Shown: one piece after another, positions 40,735 to 50,573 of the stretch
How the letters are laid out: every line of letters starts with the position of its first letter
How positions within the stretch are numbered: the stretch's first letter is position 1
Origin: Acidobacteriota bacterium
GTDB lineage: Bacteria; Acidobacteriota; UBA890; WLXD01
NCBI GenBank assembly: GCA_965248695.1
Contig: CBDFKD010000002.1
Span: forward strand, 4,448,001 to 4,512,000
DNA length: 64,000 nt
Reading direction: 5' to 3'
Notes under the pieces: model-generated
The model's input: only the letters and a program-made list of their open reading frames with translations
Databases searched by the model: none
What the model was told of the DNA's origin: nothing
Made by a program: the position numbers and the translations under genes

Positions 40735-41202
40735 CTAGAAGGGGATGTCGTCGTCGTTAACCGGGGCGTCGCCACCGGCGCCACCGCCGGCGCCACCGCC
40801 GGAGCCACCGCCGCCATCTCCGGGTCCGCCAGCTGGCCCGGGATCACCGTAGTCTCCGCCGCCGCCACTGCCACCGCTAGCCCGTCCGAGGAGCTGAATG
40901 TTGTCGGCCACGACCTCGGTTGTGTAGCGGGTGTTGCCGTCGCGGTCCTCCCACTGGCGCGTTTGCAGGCGGCCCTCGATGTACAGCTGCTTCCCCTTGT
41001 TGGCGTACTGGTTGACGATCTCGGCCGTTCTCGCCCAGGCAACGCAGCGATGCCACTCGGTCTGTTCCTGTTGGTTACCGTCGCGGTCCTTGTATCTCCG
41101 GCTCGTAGCAAGCGAGAAGTTGGCCACGGCAGTCCCGCTGGCGGTGTAGCGCAGCTCGGGGTCTCGGCCCACGTTTCCTATCAAAGTGACCTTGTTGATC
41201 AT
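40735..41202 (-). CDS. ssb: Single-stranded DNA-binding protein
   Basis: INKVTLIGNVGRDPELRY, TEWH, Gly-rich linker, DDDIPF. Confidence 0.98.
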   Translation of the reverse strand: MINKVTLIGNVGRDPELRYTASGTAVANFSLATSRRYKDRDGNQQEQTEWHRCVAWARTAEIVNQYANKGKQLYIEGRLQTRQWEDRDGNTRYTTEVVADNIQLLGRASGGSGGGGDYGDPGPAGGPGDGGGGSGGGAGGGAGGDAPVNDDDIPF

Positions 41203-41348
41203 GTCGCCCCCCTGTGATTACCGACTGTAGACGCTACCGGATGATGAGAAGGCCATGCGGCGCCTGGATTCCAGCACGAGAGTGTCGGCCGTGGCCCGGC
41301 GCCACGCAAGTCGCGCCGCCCCAGCGCAGGGCGACATAGCTCGCCGGA

Positions 41349-41846
41349 TCAGCGCTTCTGCAGGATCACCGACACCCCGGCGTCCCCGATCCACCAACCG
41401 CTCGCGCCTCCTTGCAACGTGACCATGACCTGCAGGTCGACATTGCCTGCCCCGAATTCGAAGGGGATGGTCATGCTGCCCATCACCCAACCGTCGTCGC
41501 TGGTGGCGGTCTCATTGCCCGAGCAAAAACCGTCGCCGCCGCCCAGACTCTGCCCGATTGCCACGCCGTTCACCATGATGTCGATCGAGACCCAGTCATC
41601 AACGCCGCCTTCAACGCTGCACTCCCCGCTGAAGGTGACCACTCCGTACCCCTTCTTGGCGACGTTGAATTGCAGGGTGTCTCCAATCACGTTGCCGTCC
41701 AAGTCCGTGCCGAGATCGACCAATGCGTCAGCGGCTCCCGTCTGGTTCCCGGGGCTACTGGCCCCGTAGATCCGGATTGCCCACGCTGAGGTCGCCAAGT
41801 TCAGTATCAGCGTGCATGTCAGGGCGACGACCCCGAGTTTCCTCAT
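41349..41846 (-). CDS. Secreted beta-sandwich protein, paralogue A
   Basis: Signal peptide (AWA); clear paralogue of 42028-42528. Confidence 0.75.
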   Translation of the reverse strand: MRKLGVVALTCTLILNLATSAWAIRIYGASSPGNQTGAADALVDLGTDLDGNVIGDTLQFNVAKKGYGVVTFSGECSVEGGVDDWVSIDIMVNGVAIGQSLGGGDGFCSGNETATSDDGWVMGSMTIPFEFGAGNVDLQVMVTLQGGASGWWIGDAGVSVILQKR

Positions 41847-42027
41847 CCGTTTGCTCCTACGGGTGGCGCGTCCCACCCGCCGCCGGCCGCAGACATACGA
41901 CGCGACGACCCCTAACGTGTCGCAGGCGGATAGAAAGTGCCCGGACGGTAGACGGTCGGACGACCCGCAGCAAGGCAGGCAACGGGTGAGGGCCGGCTGA
42001 CGGAGCGCCGGCCGACCGCGATAAGTC

Positions 42028-42528
42028 CTAGCTCCTCTGAATGAGGACCGTCAGCGCGAGGTCGCCAATCCACCAGCCGGCGGCCCCACCGGCCGGCGTG
42101 ACCTGGACCTGCAATTCATAGCTACCGGCAGTGAGCTCGGTCGGAACGGTCATGCTGGCCATCACCCACTGGTCGTTGAACCCGGCAAAGCTGTTGCCAG
42201 AGCAAAACGTGTCGGCGTCTCCAGCGGTCGGCGAGAGCGCCGTGCCGTTCAAGAGCAAGTCGATGCTCACCCACTGCTGTTCGTTGCCGTCGACAGCGCA
42301 CTCGGCGCTAAATGTGATGATCACGGGACCGTCTTTCGCCAGGACGACCTGAAGCGTCTCGTCGACCTCGTTGTCAGCGAGGTCGTTCCCGAGGTCCAGA
42401 AGGCTCTGCGCCGTCCCCATCTGATTGCCGGGATTCGTCGTCCCCAGAATGCGCACGGCCGCGGCCGCGGCGATCATAGGCACCATCGCCAGTGCCAGAA
42501 CCAGAGCAAGCGGCGCCAGACGTTTCAT
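42028..42528 (-). CDS. Secreted beta-sandwich protein, paralogue B
   Basis: Signal peptide; shares PGNQ, TFS.EC.V, WVSID, FCSGN, WVM.SMT and GWWIGD with paralogue A. Confidence 0.75.
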   Translation of the reverse strand: MKRLAPLALVLALAMVPMIAAAAAVRILGTTNPGNQMGTAQSLLDLGNDLADNEVDETLQVVLAKDGPVIITFSAECAVDGNEQQWVSIDLLLNGTALSPTAGDADTFCSGNSFAGFNDQWVMASMTVPTELTAGSYELQVQVTPAGGAAGWWIGDLALTVLIQRS

Positions 42529-42559
42529 TGGATCGAGGCTCCCGCAGTCAACACGGCGA

Positions 42560-43399
42560 TCACTGCTCGCAGGTGCCGGGCCGCTGCAAGCCCAGCTGGC
42601 GGAGCTGGCCGCAGGCCAGGAAGGCGGCGTCGCTCTCCGCGTAGGCTTGAATCAGCCGTCGGAAGGACTCCGCTGCGGCACGCTCGCGGCCCTCCTCCTT
42701 CAGGATCAAGCCATCGTTGAGCATGGCGTCGGGAACCAGCTCGCTGTCGGGGTGATCGCGGACGACCGACTGGAAGGCGGTGTGAGCAGCCGCCAGCTGG
42801 CCGCGCTCGCGCTCGCACATGCCGATCCAGTAGCGGGCGTTGTCGGCACGGTCGGAAGACCCGTAGCGCCGTCGGTATTCCTCGAAGCCCTGGACGCACA
42901 GCTCCCAGTTCTCTCGCAGATAGTCGTTGTACGCACTGTTGTAGAGGGTGCTGGCAGCGTTCTGCTGGGATGGGCTCGGCTCCTGGGTCGAGGGCGTTCG
43001 GGCCCCGCGCGGTGGCGGCATGGCAGTGCCCAGGCGCGTCGCCTCCGAAGGTGCACCGCCGCCGCCCGCGAGCTGCTCGGTGAGACGGGCGATGCGAGCA
43101 TCCATCTCGGCGATGTCGGCCTCGAGAGCGGTTACGTCACGAACCATCGAGCGCAGATCCTCACCGCGATCGGCGGATTGAGTGCGGAGTGGCTGGAGGG
43201 AGTTGTTGAGCTCCTGCCGTACCTGGACGAGTCGCGCGATGATGCTCTGCTGAGCCGTTTGGAGATCGGCGACCTGTGCTTCCATCGCCGCCTGGCGAGA
43301 CTCGATGCTGACGAGACGCTGGTCACCTGACGAGCAGCCGGTCGCGAGGGCGAGGGCGGCAACCGAGGCGAGCAGCAATCTCAGTCGTTTCATCATCAC
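42560..43399 (-). CDS. cpoB: Tol-Pal-associated TPR protein CpoB/YbgF
   Basis: Lipobox, coiled coil, LYNSAY, ADNARYWIG, VPDAML; downstream of pal. Confidence 0.85.
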   Translation of the reverse strand: MMMKRLRLLLASVAALALATGCSSGDQRLVSIESRQAAMEAQVADLQTAQQSIIARLVQVRQELNNSLQPLRTQSADRGEDLRSMVRDVTALEADIAEMDARIARLTEQLAGGGGAPSEATRLGTAMPPPRGARTPSTQEPSPSQQNAASTLYNSAYNDYLRENWELCVQGFEEYRRRYGSSDRADNARYWIGMCERERGQLAAAHTAFQSVVRDHPDSELVPDAMLNDGLILKEEGRERAAAESFRRLIQAYAESDAAFLACGQLRQLGLQRPGTCEQ

Positions 43400-43479
43400 C
43401 CTTTCATCCCACGATCGGGCGGCAACCAGAAACGGCGGGCGGGAGCTCGTCGCACCCCGCCCGCCGTCGCTGAAACCTC

Positions 43480-44058
43480 TCAGTTGTTGGTCGCGCCCGA
43501 AGCGGTGGCCACGAACTCTCCGCGGCGGTTCAGCGACCAGTTCTGCTCGCCCTCGCCCATGGCGGCGGGGTTCTCTTCACCGTACGAGACGATCTCGACG
43601 CGGTTGGCGCTGATGCCGAGCGATACCAGATAGTCGCGAGTTGCTGTGGCGCGCCGATCGCCGAGCGCCAGGTTGTACTCGCGCGTGCCGCGCTCGTCGC
43701 AGTGACCCTCGATCAGGATCGCGACGTCGCCGTGTTCACGCAGCCAATCGGCGTTCGCCTGCAACGTCGAGCGCTGGTCGGTGCGGATATCTGCCTTGTC
43801 GTAGTCGAAGTAGATCGGCTTGAGCAACTTCCGTGCGTTGATCTCTTCGGCCGACAGGAAGGTCTGCTCGGGCGCATCGGCCTCTTCCCAGTCGCCGGTT
43901 TGGGCGGGCTCGGGAGCGGGGGCCGGGGCGGCGGGGGCCGGAGCTTCCGGCATCGGTTCGGGCGTTGGCGCGGGCGGGGCGTCTTTGCTGCAAGCAGGCA
44001 GTGCAACGACCACGGCCGCGAGTGCGATCAGGGCGATCCGCTTCGCGGGGCTGGGCAT
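43480..44058 (-). CDS. pal: Peptidoglycan-associated lipoprotein
   Basis: LPAC lipobox, IYFDYD, EGHCDERGTREYNLALGDRRA, SYGEE. Confidence 0.96.
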   Translation of the reverse strand: MPSPAKRIALIALAAVVVALPACSKDAPPAPTPEPMPEAPAPAAPAPAPEPAQTGDWEEADAPEQTFLSAEEINARKLLKPIYFDYDKADIRTDQRSTLQANADWLREHGDVAILIEGHCDERGTREYNLALGDRRATATRDYLVSLGISANRVEIVSYGEENPAAMGEGEQNWSLNRRGEFVATASGATNN

Positions 44059-44105
44059 CGTGGTTTCCTCCATGCGATGGCCTAGTTTCAACTAGGGGCG
44101 GGCCG

Positions 44106-45488
44106 TTAGGGGCGGGTTCCCCACGTCGGGGTCAAGTTGTTGCTCGCGCTCGTCAGCTGACGTTGTCGCGAACCGTCGAAGCCCATGGCCCAGATCTGCG
44201 TGCTGGAACCTTGGGCCCACTCGAAGGTCAGCTGGCGCCCATCGGGCGACCAGGCCGGTGCCTCCTTGCGGCCGCGACCGCGCGTTAGCTGATGGACGCG
44301 ATCGGTCGTGAGATCGTACACGAAAATATCGAAATTGTTACCACCAGTCGAGGCAGTGAAGGCGATAAGTTCTCCGCGCACCGGTTGCCATGCCGGATCG
44401 TCCTTCTGCCCACCCGGCGCCGAGAGCCGTCGGGTGTTCAAGCCGGTGGAGTCCATCACGTACAGCTGCTGGCTCCCGCTGCGGTCGGAAACGAACACCA
44501 ACTGGCGGCCGTTTGGCGACCACGCCGGCGATACGTCGCTGGCGGGATTGCGCGAGATCTGTTGCATGCCTTCGCCGTCGGGCCGGATCACGTGGATCTC
44601 GGAATTGCCGCTACAGCTGGATGAGAACGCGATCAGCGTCCCATCGGGAGAAAACGCCGCGCCGTTGTTGGTGCCCCGGCAGGTCACCAGCGGCCGCGGC
44701 CGACCGCCGCTGTTGAGGATTACGTGGATCTCGGCGTTCGGGAAACGATCGCGCATCACGTAGGTCTGGAACGCGATGCGGTCTGCTTGAGGTGAGAACG
44801 ACGGCGATAGCGAGATCGAAGAGTTGTAGGTGATGCGTCGTTGGCGTTCGCCGTCGTAGTCCATCAGGAAAATCTCTTTCTGCGGCGTGTCCACGGGCGC
44901 TTCGCGATCGGAGACGAAGGAGATATAGGAGTTCGCAACGCCCGGTACACCGGTGTAGTTGAGAGCGGTCTCATCGTTGAACGTATGGGCGATGCGCCGC
45001 ACGCGATAGACGGCCTCGGGAGCGGACAGTCCCTCGGTGGACTGCGAGTACCGTTTGCCGCTGATCTGTCGACCGGTGTCGACGTCGAAGAGCCGAAAAT
45101 CCGTTACCACCAGCGTACCCTGCACGCTTACCGATCCCTGGATCAGCCCGCGAGCGCCGGTGTTCTTCCAGGCCTGCCACGGAATGGGCTCGCTGGGTGC
45201 CGTGTTCGGGTAGACGCGTGGGTCCACCAGGTCGAACACCATGGAGTTCTGTAGGTCATTCTCCAGCACGGCGTGGATTTGCTGCGCTTGCTCGGCGGCG
45301 CCGGTTGCCGCCAGCAGGGCGGGGAGCGCGATCTTGATTGCCGGCGCGCCCCGTTGCCGGATTTCCAGCTGCACGTCCTGGTCTTGACCCGACGCCGCGC
45401 CGACGACCGCGAGGGACACGATGGCCGACCAGATTGAGGTCCTACTCCGTAACGAACGCAAGCCCGACTCCGAGTGATTGCCCGTCAT
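44106..45488 (-). CDS. tolB: Tol-Pal beta-propeller protein
   Basis: TolB N-domain plus PD40 repeats (PSFSP, AFSPDG, PAWSP); start approximate. Confidence 0.9.
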   Translation of the reverse strand: MTGNHSESGLRSLRSRTSIWSAIVSLAVVGAASGQDQDVQLEIRQRGAPAIKIALPALLAATGAAEQAQQIHAVLENDLQNSMVFDLVDPRVYPNTAPSEPIPWQAWKNTGARGLIQGSVSVQGTLVVTDFRLFDVDTGRQISGKRYSQSTEGLSAPEAVYRVRRIAHTFNDETALNYTGVPGVANSYISFVSDREAPVDTPQKEIFLMDYDGERQRRITYNSSISLSPSFSPQADRIAFQTYVMRDRFPNAEIHVILNSGGRPRPLVTCRGTNNGAAFSPDGTLIAFSSSCSGNSEIHVIRPDGEGMQQISRNPASDVSPAWSPNGRQLVFVSDRSGSQQLYVMDSTGLNTRRLSAPGGQKDDPAWQPVRGELIAFTASTGGNNFDIFVYDLTTDRVHQLTRGRGRKEAPAWSPDGRQLTFEWAQGSSTQIWAMGFDGSRQRQLTSASNNLTPTWGTRP

Positions 45489-46263
45489 ACTCGCGGGGCA
45501 AAGGGGGAAATGGGGCAGCCGCCGCGATCGCTCGCATGGCTGCTCGATCGAACGCGGTGTCACCGGAGCCACCGTCCACGCGTGGCTGTACCACCAGGCG
45601 ACCGTTGCGGCCGAGTCTGAAGAACGCCTCGGCGCGTCGCTTGAGCCCGTACGGACCGGTGGGCGGGGGGGACCATTGGGCCGCGATCAGGTCGCGGAGG
45701 CGGTACAGGTAGTCGGCGAAGGGAAACTCTTCTACCGTGTATCCGCTGTCGCCGCTCTGGGTGACGTCGATACCCATACGCTGTGCGCTCTGATTCTGTG
45801 GCGGGCGCCGGCCGGCGGTCTGCGGCTGTCGGCGTGCCTCGTCCTCACGACGCTGACGTTCCTCCTCGGCCCGACGCTGACGGTCAAGCTCCGCCTGGCG
45901 CTGTCGCTCGGCCTCCTCGCGGCGTTGCTGCTCCTCAGCTTCACGCTCACGCTGCAGCTCGGCGAGGCTGCGGGGAATCGGTTCCGGCTCGCTCACGACT
46001 GGTAAGACAGCCTCCGGTTCGGGCTCTTCCTCCGCCTGCGGGGTGTCAGCAGCCTGAGTCGGCTCGGGAGCTGCCGGCGGTAACTGCACGAGCCGCACCG
46101 GTGTGAAGCTGGGGTTGTACGTGGGAATCGGGATGAGCATCGGCCCGAACAGGATCGCCAGCAGAAGCACTAGATGAACGGCCGCCGAGCTGATTACGGC
46201 AGCACGATAGCGCTGCTCGATCACCTGCTCGTTGAATACGGCTTGCTCCTCGGCGTAGCTCAT
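45442..46263 (-). CDS. tolA: TolA/TonB-like protein
   Basis: N-terminal TM with SxxxH, Pro/Glu-rich linker, charged helix, SGDTAFDRAAMRAI..AAPFPPLP. Confidence 0.8.
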   Translation of the reverse strand: MSYAEEQAVFNEQVIEQRYRAAVISSAAVHLVLLLAILFGPMLIPIPTYNPSFTPVRLVQLPPAAPEPTQAADTPQAEEEPEPEAVLPVVSEPEPIPRSLAELQREREAEEQQRREEAERQRQAELDRQRRAEEERQRREDEARRQPQTAGRRPPQNQSAQRMGIDVTQSGDSGYTVEEFPFADYLYRLRDLIAAQWSPPPTGPYGLKRRAEAFFRLGRNGRLVVQPRVDGGSGDTAFDRAAMRAIAAAAPFPPLPREYDGQSLGVGLAFVTE

Positions 46264-46340
46264 GCTGTCAGCTTAGCAAGTAGCCGAGGGTCGCTGCGCG
46301 GTCGTGCGGCTGAAGCCGACCACAGCTGCGCCACGGCCCG

Positions 46341-46745
46341 CTAGCGGCGCGGGACCGGCTCGGTAACCAAGCCGATGTCGGCTCCGAGACTCCATAGAAC
46401 CTCGATAACAGCTACCACGCGCCCGTATTCGCCGCCGCGATCGCCGTAGAGCAGGATCGTTCGCCCCGGGGTGATGCGCGGCGACAGGCGCGCTTCGAGC
46501 TCCTCGAGCGGAACTGCGTCGCCGTTGACGAGAATCTGACCCTGGTCGGTCACCGAGATGAAGATCTGCTCCTGGGGAAGGCTGTCCATCACCTGGGTTT
46601 GCGGCAGCCGGACCTCAGCTCCCTGGATCATCATCGGGGCAGTGATCATGAAGACGATCAACAGCACGAGGGCTACATCGACCAGCGGAGTGACGTTGAT
46701 CTCCGAGAGGATCCGGTCGTCTTCCCTGAACCAGCTCTGTTTCAT
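46341..46745 (-). CDS. tolR: TolR/ExbD
   Basis: EINVTPLVDVALVLLIVFMITAP; ATGA overlap with tolQ. Confidence 0.92.
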   Translation of the reverse strand: MKQSWFREDDRILSEINVTPLVDVALVLLIVFMITAPMMIQGAEVRLPQTQVMDSLPQEQIFISVTDQGQILVNGDAVPLEELEARLSPRITPGRTILLYGDRGGEYGRVVAVIEVLWSLGADIGLVTEPVPRR

Positions 46746-47458
46746 TGGCCCGGTCCCGCCTGCCACGACTTCTCGACCACGTTGAGGAACTCGAGCCCGA
46801 AGTCCTCCATGTCACCGCCGAGGTCACGCACTCGCGATAGCAGGTGGTTGTACGCGATGACCGCCGGGATCGCGGCGGCCAGTCCCGCCGCGGTGGTGAT
46901 CAACGCGGCGCTGATGCCGGGTGCGACTACAGCGAGATTGGCGTTGCCGAATCTGCCGATGCTCTGAAAGGCGTTCATGATGCCCCAGACGGTCCCGAAC
47001 AGGCCGATGAACGGTGCCGCAGAGCTGGTCGTAGCCAGAAAGAGCATGCCGCGCGCCATCCGGCGACGTTGCTCGTGCGCGGCACGTGCCAGCGAGCGCT
47101 CGAGCGCCTCCATGTTGATGCGGGAGGCGGCGGTCGGCTGTGCGGACTGTGCTGCGCCCTCCAACTGGGCCGAGATCTCGCCGTATCCGGCTTCGAAAAC
47201 CCCTGTTAGCGGTGTCGTTTCCAGCTCCTTGGAGGCGGTTCTGACCTGCGAGAACTTCGAGCTGGAACGGAACACTTCCAGAAACTTCCCCGTCTGCTTT
47301 TCCGCTTTGCGGTACAGCAAGACGCGATCGACGATCACGGCCCAAGAGAGAATGGAGAAGATCGCCAGGATCACCAGCACTACCAGGGCGAACGGGCCGA
47401 GATTGCGGATGATGCCGAGCACGCCGTCGGACATGAAATCGGCCTGCAACAGGAACAA
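46742..47458 (-). CDS. tolQ: TolQ/ExbB
   Basis: APFIGLFGTVWGIM, VAPGISAAL, AAIPA; start approximate. Confidence 0.92.
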   Translation of the reverse strand: MFLLQADFMSDGVLGIIRNLGPFALVVLVILAIFSILSWAVIVDRVLLYRKAEKQTGKFLEVFRSSSKFSQVRTASKELETTPLTGVFEAGYGEISAQLEGAAQSAQPTAASRINMEALERSLARAAHEQRRRMARGMLFLATTSSAAPFIGLFGTVWGIMNAFQSIGRFGNANLAVVAPGISAALITTAAGLAAAIPAVIAYNHLLSRVRDLGGDMEDFGLEFLNVVEKSWQAGPGQ

Positions 47459-47651
47459 AGGTGTCCTCTCAGCGTTCCGAGTCAGGAAAGTGTCCGATGG
47501 CGAGCCCCCCAGCCGCACCGGATCACATCAAGCTACCACGATGGCCTGTGTGTGTCACCAAACCGCATCAGCCGTCAGTCTGGCGGCGGATGCTGGTCGG
47601 AAGTCTTCCGGTATATTGACTGCGGCCATCTCATCCCGGCAGGTTTTGACC

Positions 47652-49346
47652 ATGCTCAGCTACTTGCGGATCCGCAACCTCGCGCTGATTGAAGACGTCA
47701 CCATCGAACCGCCCGCTGGCCTGGTGGCGTTCACCGGCGAGACCGGCGCCGGCAAGTCGATCATTCTCGGTGGCCTGGCGCTGGCCACCGGCGACCGCGC
47801 GGCGCTCGATCAGGTGCGTCACGGGGCGGATTCGGCGGCCGTCGAAGCGGTGTTCGATATCGCCGCGCGACCGGACATCGCCGCGCTTCTTGCGGCTGAA
47901 GAGCTGTCGTCGGACACCCGGGAGATGGTCGTTCGTCGCGTCCTCGGCGGTCGATCGAGCCGCGCTTACCTCAACGATCGGCTGGTCACCGTCGGCCTCG
48001 TGCACAGGGTCGGTGATCGTCTGGTGGACATTGCCGGGCAGCACGAGAACCAGTCGCTGCTGACACCGGCGACACAGCTGGAGCTTCTGGATCGTTTCGG
48101 TGATCTCATATCTCAGCGTCTCGCAGTGGAGGCTTCGTGGGATGCAGCGCTAGACCTGCAGCAGGCGCTGCAGGCGCTGGAAACCGATGATCGCGACCGC
48201 GCCCAGCGGGCCGATTACCTGCGTTATCGGGCAGAGGAGATCCGCGCCGCCGAGCTCAGCGTCGACGAGGAAGCCGCGCTCAGCGCCGAGCGCCAGCGGC
48301 TGCGGCACGCGGAGGAACTGTCGACAGGCGCCGCCGAGGCGCTCGACGCACTGTACGAGCGCGAAGGCTCCGCCGCCGGGTTGGTTCGTCAGGCGCAAGT
48401 CGCGATCGAGCGGATCAAACGGCTTGACTCCGATGCCCTGTCGGACGCCGGCGACATTGCCGAGGTTGCCTATGCGGTCGAGGACATCGCCCGTGCGCTG
48501 CAGGCGTACGTCGAAGTCGTCCGCGTAGACCCGGCGCGGTTGGATGCGGTTGAGGAACGACTGGCGACCATCGACGGGCTACGCCGCAAGTACGCCGATC
48601 GGATCGACGACATCCTGCGCCTGGCCGATGACACCGAGCAGGAGCTTGCGTCGCTGCAGAACCGCGATCATGAAATCGCCGAGTTGGCCACCGGGGTGCG
48701 GCAGGCCGTGAGGGCCTTCGACGAGGCCGCCTCACGACTGAGTGCGTCGCGGACAGCGGTTGCGGCCCGTCTCGCGGAGCACATCAGCGCCGAGCTGCAG
48801 GAGCTCGGGATGGAGGGCGCGCACTTTCGGGTGCGGCTGAAGCCGGCCGCTGGCAATTCAGGAAACGGTTTGCCACCCGGTGCCGGCCGTGCCGGCTACG
48901 AGGTCGTCGAGTTCCGTCTGGCGGCGAATCCCGGAGATTCGCCGCGCGATCTGGCACGAGTTGCCTCTGGCGGGGAGCTGTCACGCGTGATGCTCGCACT
49001 CAAGCTCGCCGAAACGCGGGAGGCTCCGGCGCAAACATTGGTTTTCGACGAGATCGACGCGGGTGTAGGCGGCGGCCGCGTCGCCGACCGGTTGGCAGCG
49101 CGCCTCGCCGAGCTTGCAACGAGGCATCAGGTGCTGGTGGTCACACACCTACCGCAGATCGCTGCGCGGGCTTCGACCCACTATCGTGTCCACAAGGCCG
49201 ACCGGGACGGGCGAGTCTCCGTAGCGGCTACGGCGCTCGACGTCGAGCAGCGCGTCGACGAGCTGGCGCGCATGCTGGGGGGCATCGGTGAGTCACAGGG
49301 TGTGCGCCAACATGCCCGCCACTTGCTGGGCCAGCCAGCCTCGTAG
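47652..49346 (+). CDS. recN: DNA repair protein RecN
   Basis: TGETGAGKSII, GQHENQ, ASGGELSRVMLA, FDEIDAG, THLPQIA. Confidence 0.96.
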   Translation: MLSYLRIRNLALIEDVTIEPPAGLVAFTGETGAGKSIILGGLALATGDRAALDQVRHGADSAAVEAVFDIAARPDIAALLAAEELSSDTREMVVRRVLGGRSSRAYLNDRLVTVGLVHRVGDRLVDIAGQHENQSLLTPATQLELLDRFGDLISQRLAVEASWDAALDLQQALQALETDDRDRAQRADYLRYRAEEIRAAELSVDEEAALSAERQRLRHAEELSTGAAEALDALYEREGSAAGLVRQAQVAIERIKRLDSDALSDAGDIAEVAYAVEDIARALQAYVEVVRVDPARLDAVEERLATIDGLRRKYADRIDDILRLADDTEQELASLQNRDHEIAELATGVRQAVRAFDEAASRLSASRTAVAARLAEHISAELQELGMEGAHFRVRLKPAAGNSGNGLPPGAGRAGYEVVEFRLAANPGDSPRDLARVASGGELSRVMLALKLAETREAPAQTLVFDEIDAGVGGGRVADRLAARLAELATRHQVLVVTHLPQIAARASTHYRVHKADRDGRVSVAATALDVEQRVDELARMLGGIGESQGVRQHARHLLGQPAS

Positions 49347-49367
49347 GCTGCTGCTGGGCGAGCTCGC

Positions 49368-49644
49368 CTAGCAGGCCGTGGTGAAAGTGTGGTGGGTCTG
49401 GCGACAGGGTCTTGCGAGGCGCAGGCCAGGAGAGGAGGAGGCGATGGTTACCCCATCGTTGACGACAAACGACGCAGCATCCGCGCGCAACCCCCAGTCG
49501 CCCGAAGGGTTACGGCGATTTGGGGCCATCTGCAACGTTGGCTTTCCTCGACGATGGCTAGAGCATCGCCAACGTCAGGCCGCCTTGCATCTGGCCCCAA
49601 CTCGCCGTAACCAGACCCACCACACTTCCACCACGGACTGCTAG
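49368..49644. mobile_element. MITE-like palindromic element, copy 2 (277 bp)
   Basis: Aligns over its full length with 6583-6861; CTAG at both ends. Confidence 0.85.
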
Positions 49645-49703
49645 TAGCCTGTACGGTTCCTGATGCCCGAGGCAGCGATCTGAGCTCGAGTCAAGAGGAC
49701 GGA

Positions 49704-50573
49704 ATGGAGAAGCGAATCGGAGTGATCGGAGGCAGCGGTCTCTACGAGATGGCCGGGCTCACGATTCTCGATGAGATCCGGGTGCAAACGCCGTTCGGCG
49801 ATCCTTCCGATGCGTTCATGATCGGCGAGCTCGACGACCGGCCGGTGGCGTTCCTATCGCGGCACGGTCGCGGACACGTGTTCAACCCCACCAACGTGCC
49901 CTATCGGGCGAACATATATGGATTCCGACTGCTCGGTGTGCGCAATCTCTTCTCGGTAAGCGCCGTCGGTAGCTTGCGAGAGTCCATAGCTCCGTTGCAG
50001 TTCGTGGTGCCGGATCAGTTCGTGGATCGCACCCGAGCCCGGGCTGCCACTTTCTTCGACGAGGGCCTGGTGGCGCACGCGTCGCTCGCCGACCCGGTCT
50101 GCCCTCGGCTTTCTGCGCTGCTGGCAACGGCGGGCGAGACCGTTGGTGTCGAAGTCCATCGTGGCGGTACCTATGTCTGCATCGAAGGGCCACAGTTCTC
50201 TACTCGGGCCGAGAGCCAGCTGTATCGCTCCTGGGGAATGGACGTGATCGGCATGACGAACCTGACCGAGGCAAAGCTGGCGCGCGAAGCGGGCCTTGGC
50301 TATGCCACGCTGGCGATGGTGTGCGATTACGACTGCTGGCACGAGGGGCACGCCGACGTGACCGCTGAGATGGCGCTCGCCAATCTGGCGACAAGCGTCG
50401 AAGATGCCCAGCGCGTTCTCCGCGAGGCAATCGGAAAGCTCCCGCAGGACGCCCCCTCGTCGTGCGAAGGCGCGATCGCCAACGCCGTGATGACATCGCC
50501 TGACAGGATTTCGCCGCGGCTCCGGCAGCGTCTGGCACTACTCCTGGAGCCCGCCGCCGGAGAGCAGCCTTGA
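49704..50573 (+). CDS. mtnP: S-methyl-5'-thioadenosine phosphorylase
   Basis: GVIGGSGLY, RHGRGH, YRANI, EGPQFSTRAES, GMTN, DYDCW. Confidence 0.93.
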   Translation: MEKRIGVIGGSGLYEMAGLTILDEIRVQTPFGDPSDAFMIGELDDRPVAFLSRHGRGHVFNPTNVPYRANIYGFRLLGVRNLFSVSAVGSLRESIAPLQFVVPDQFVDRTRARAATFFDEGLVAHASLADPVCPRLSALLATAGETVGVEVHRGGTYVCIEGPQFSTRAESQLYRSWGMDVIGMTNLTEAKLAREAGLGYATLAMVCDYDCWHEGHADVTAEMALANLATSVEDAQRVLREAIGKLPQDAPSSCEGAIANAVMTSPDRISPRLRQRLALLLEPAAGEQP

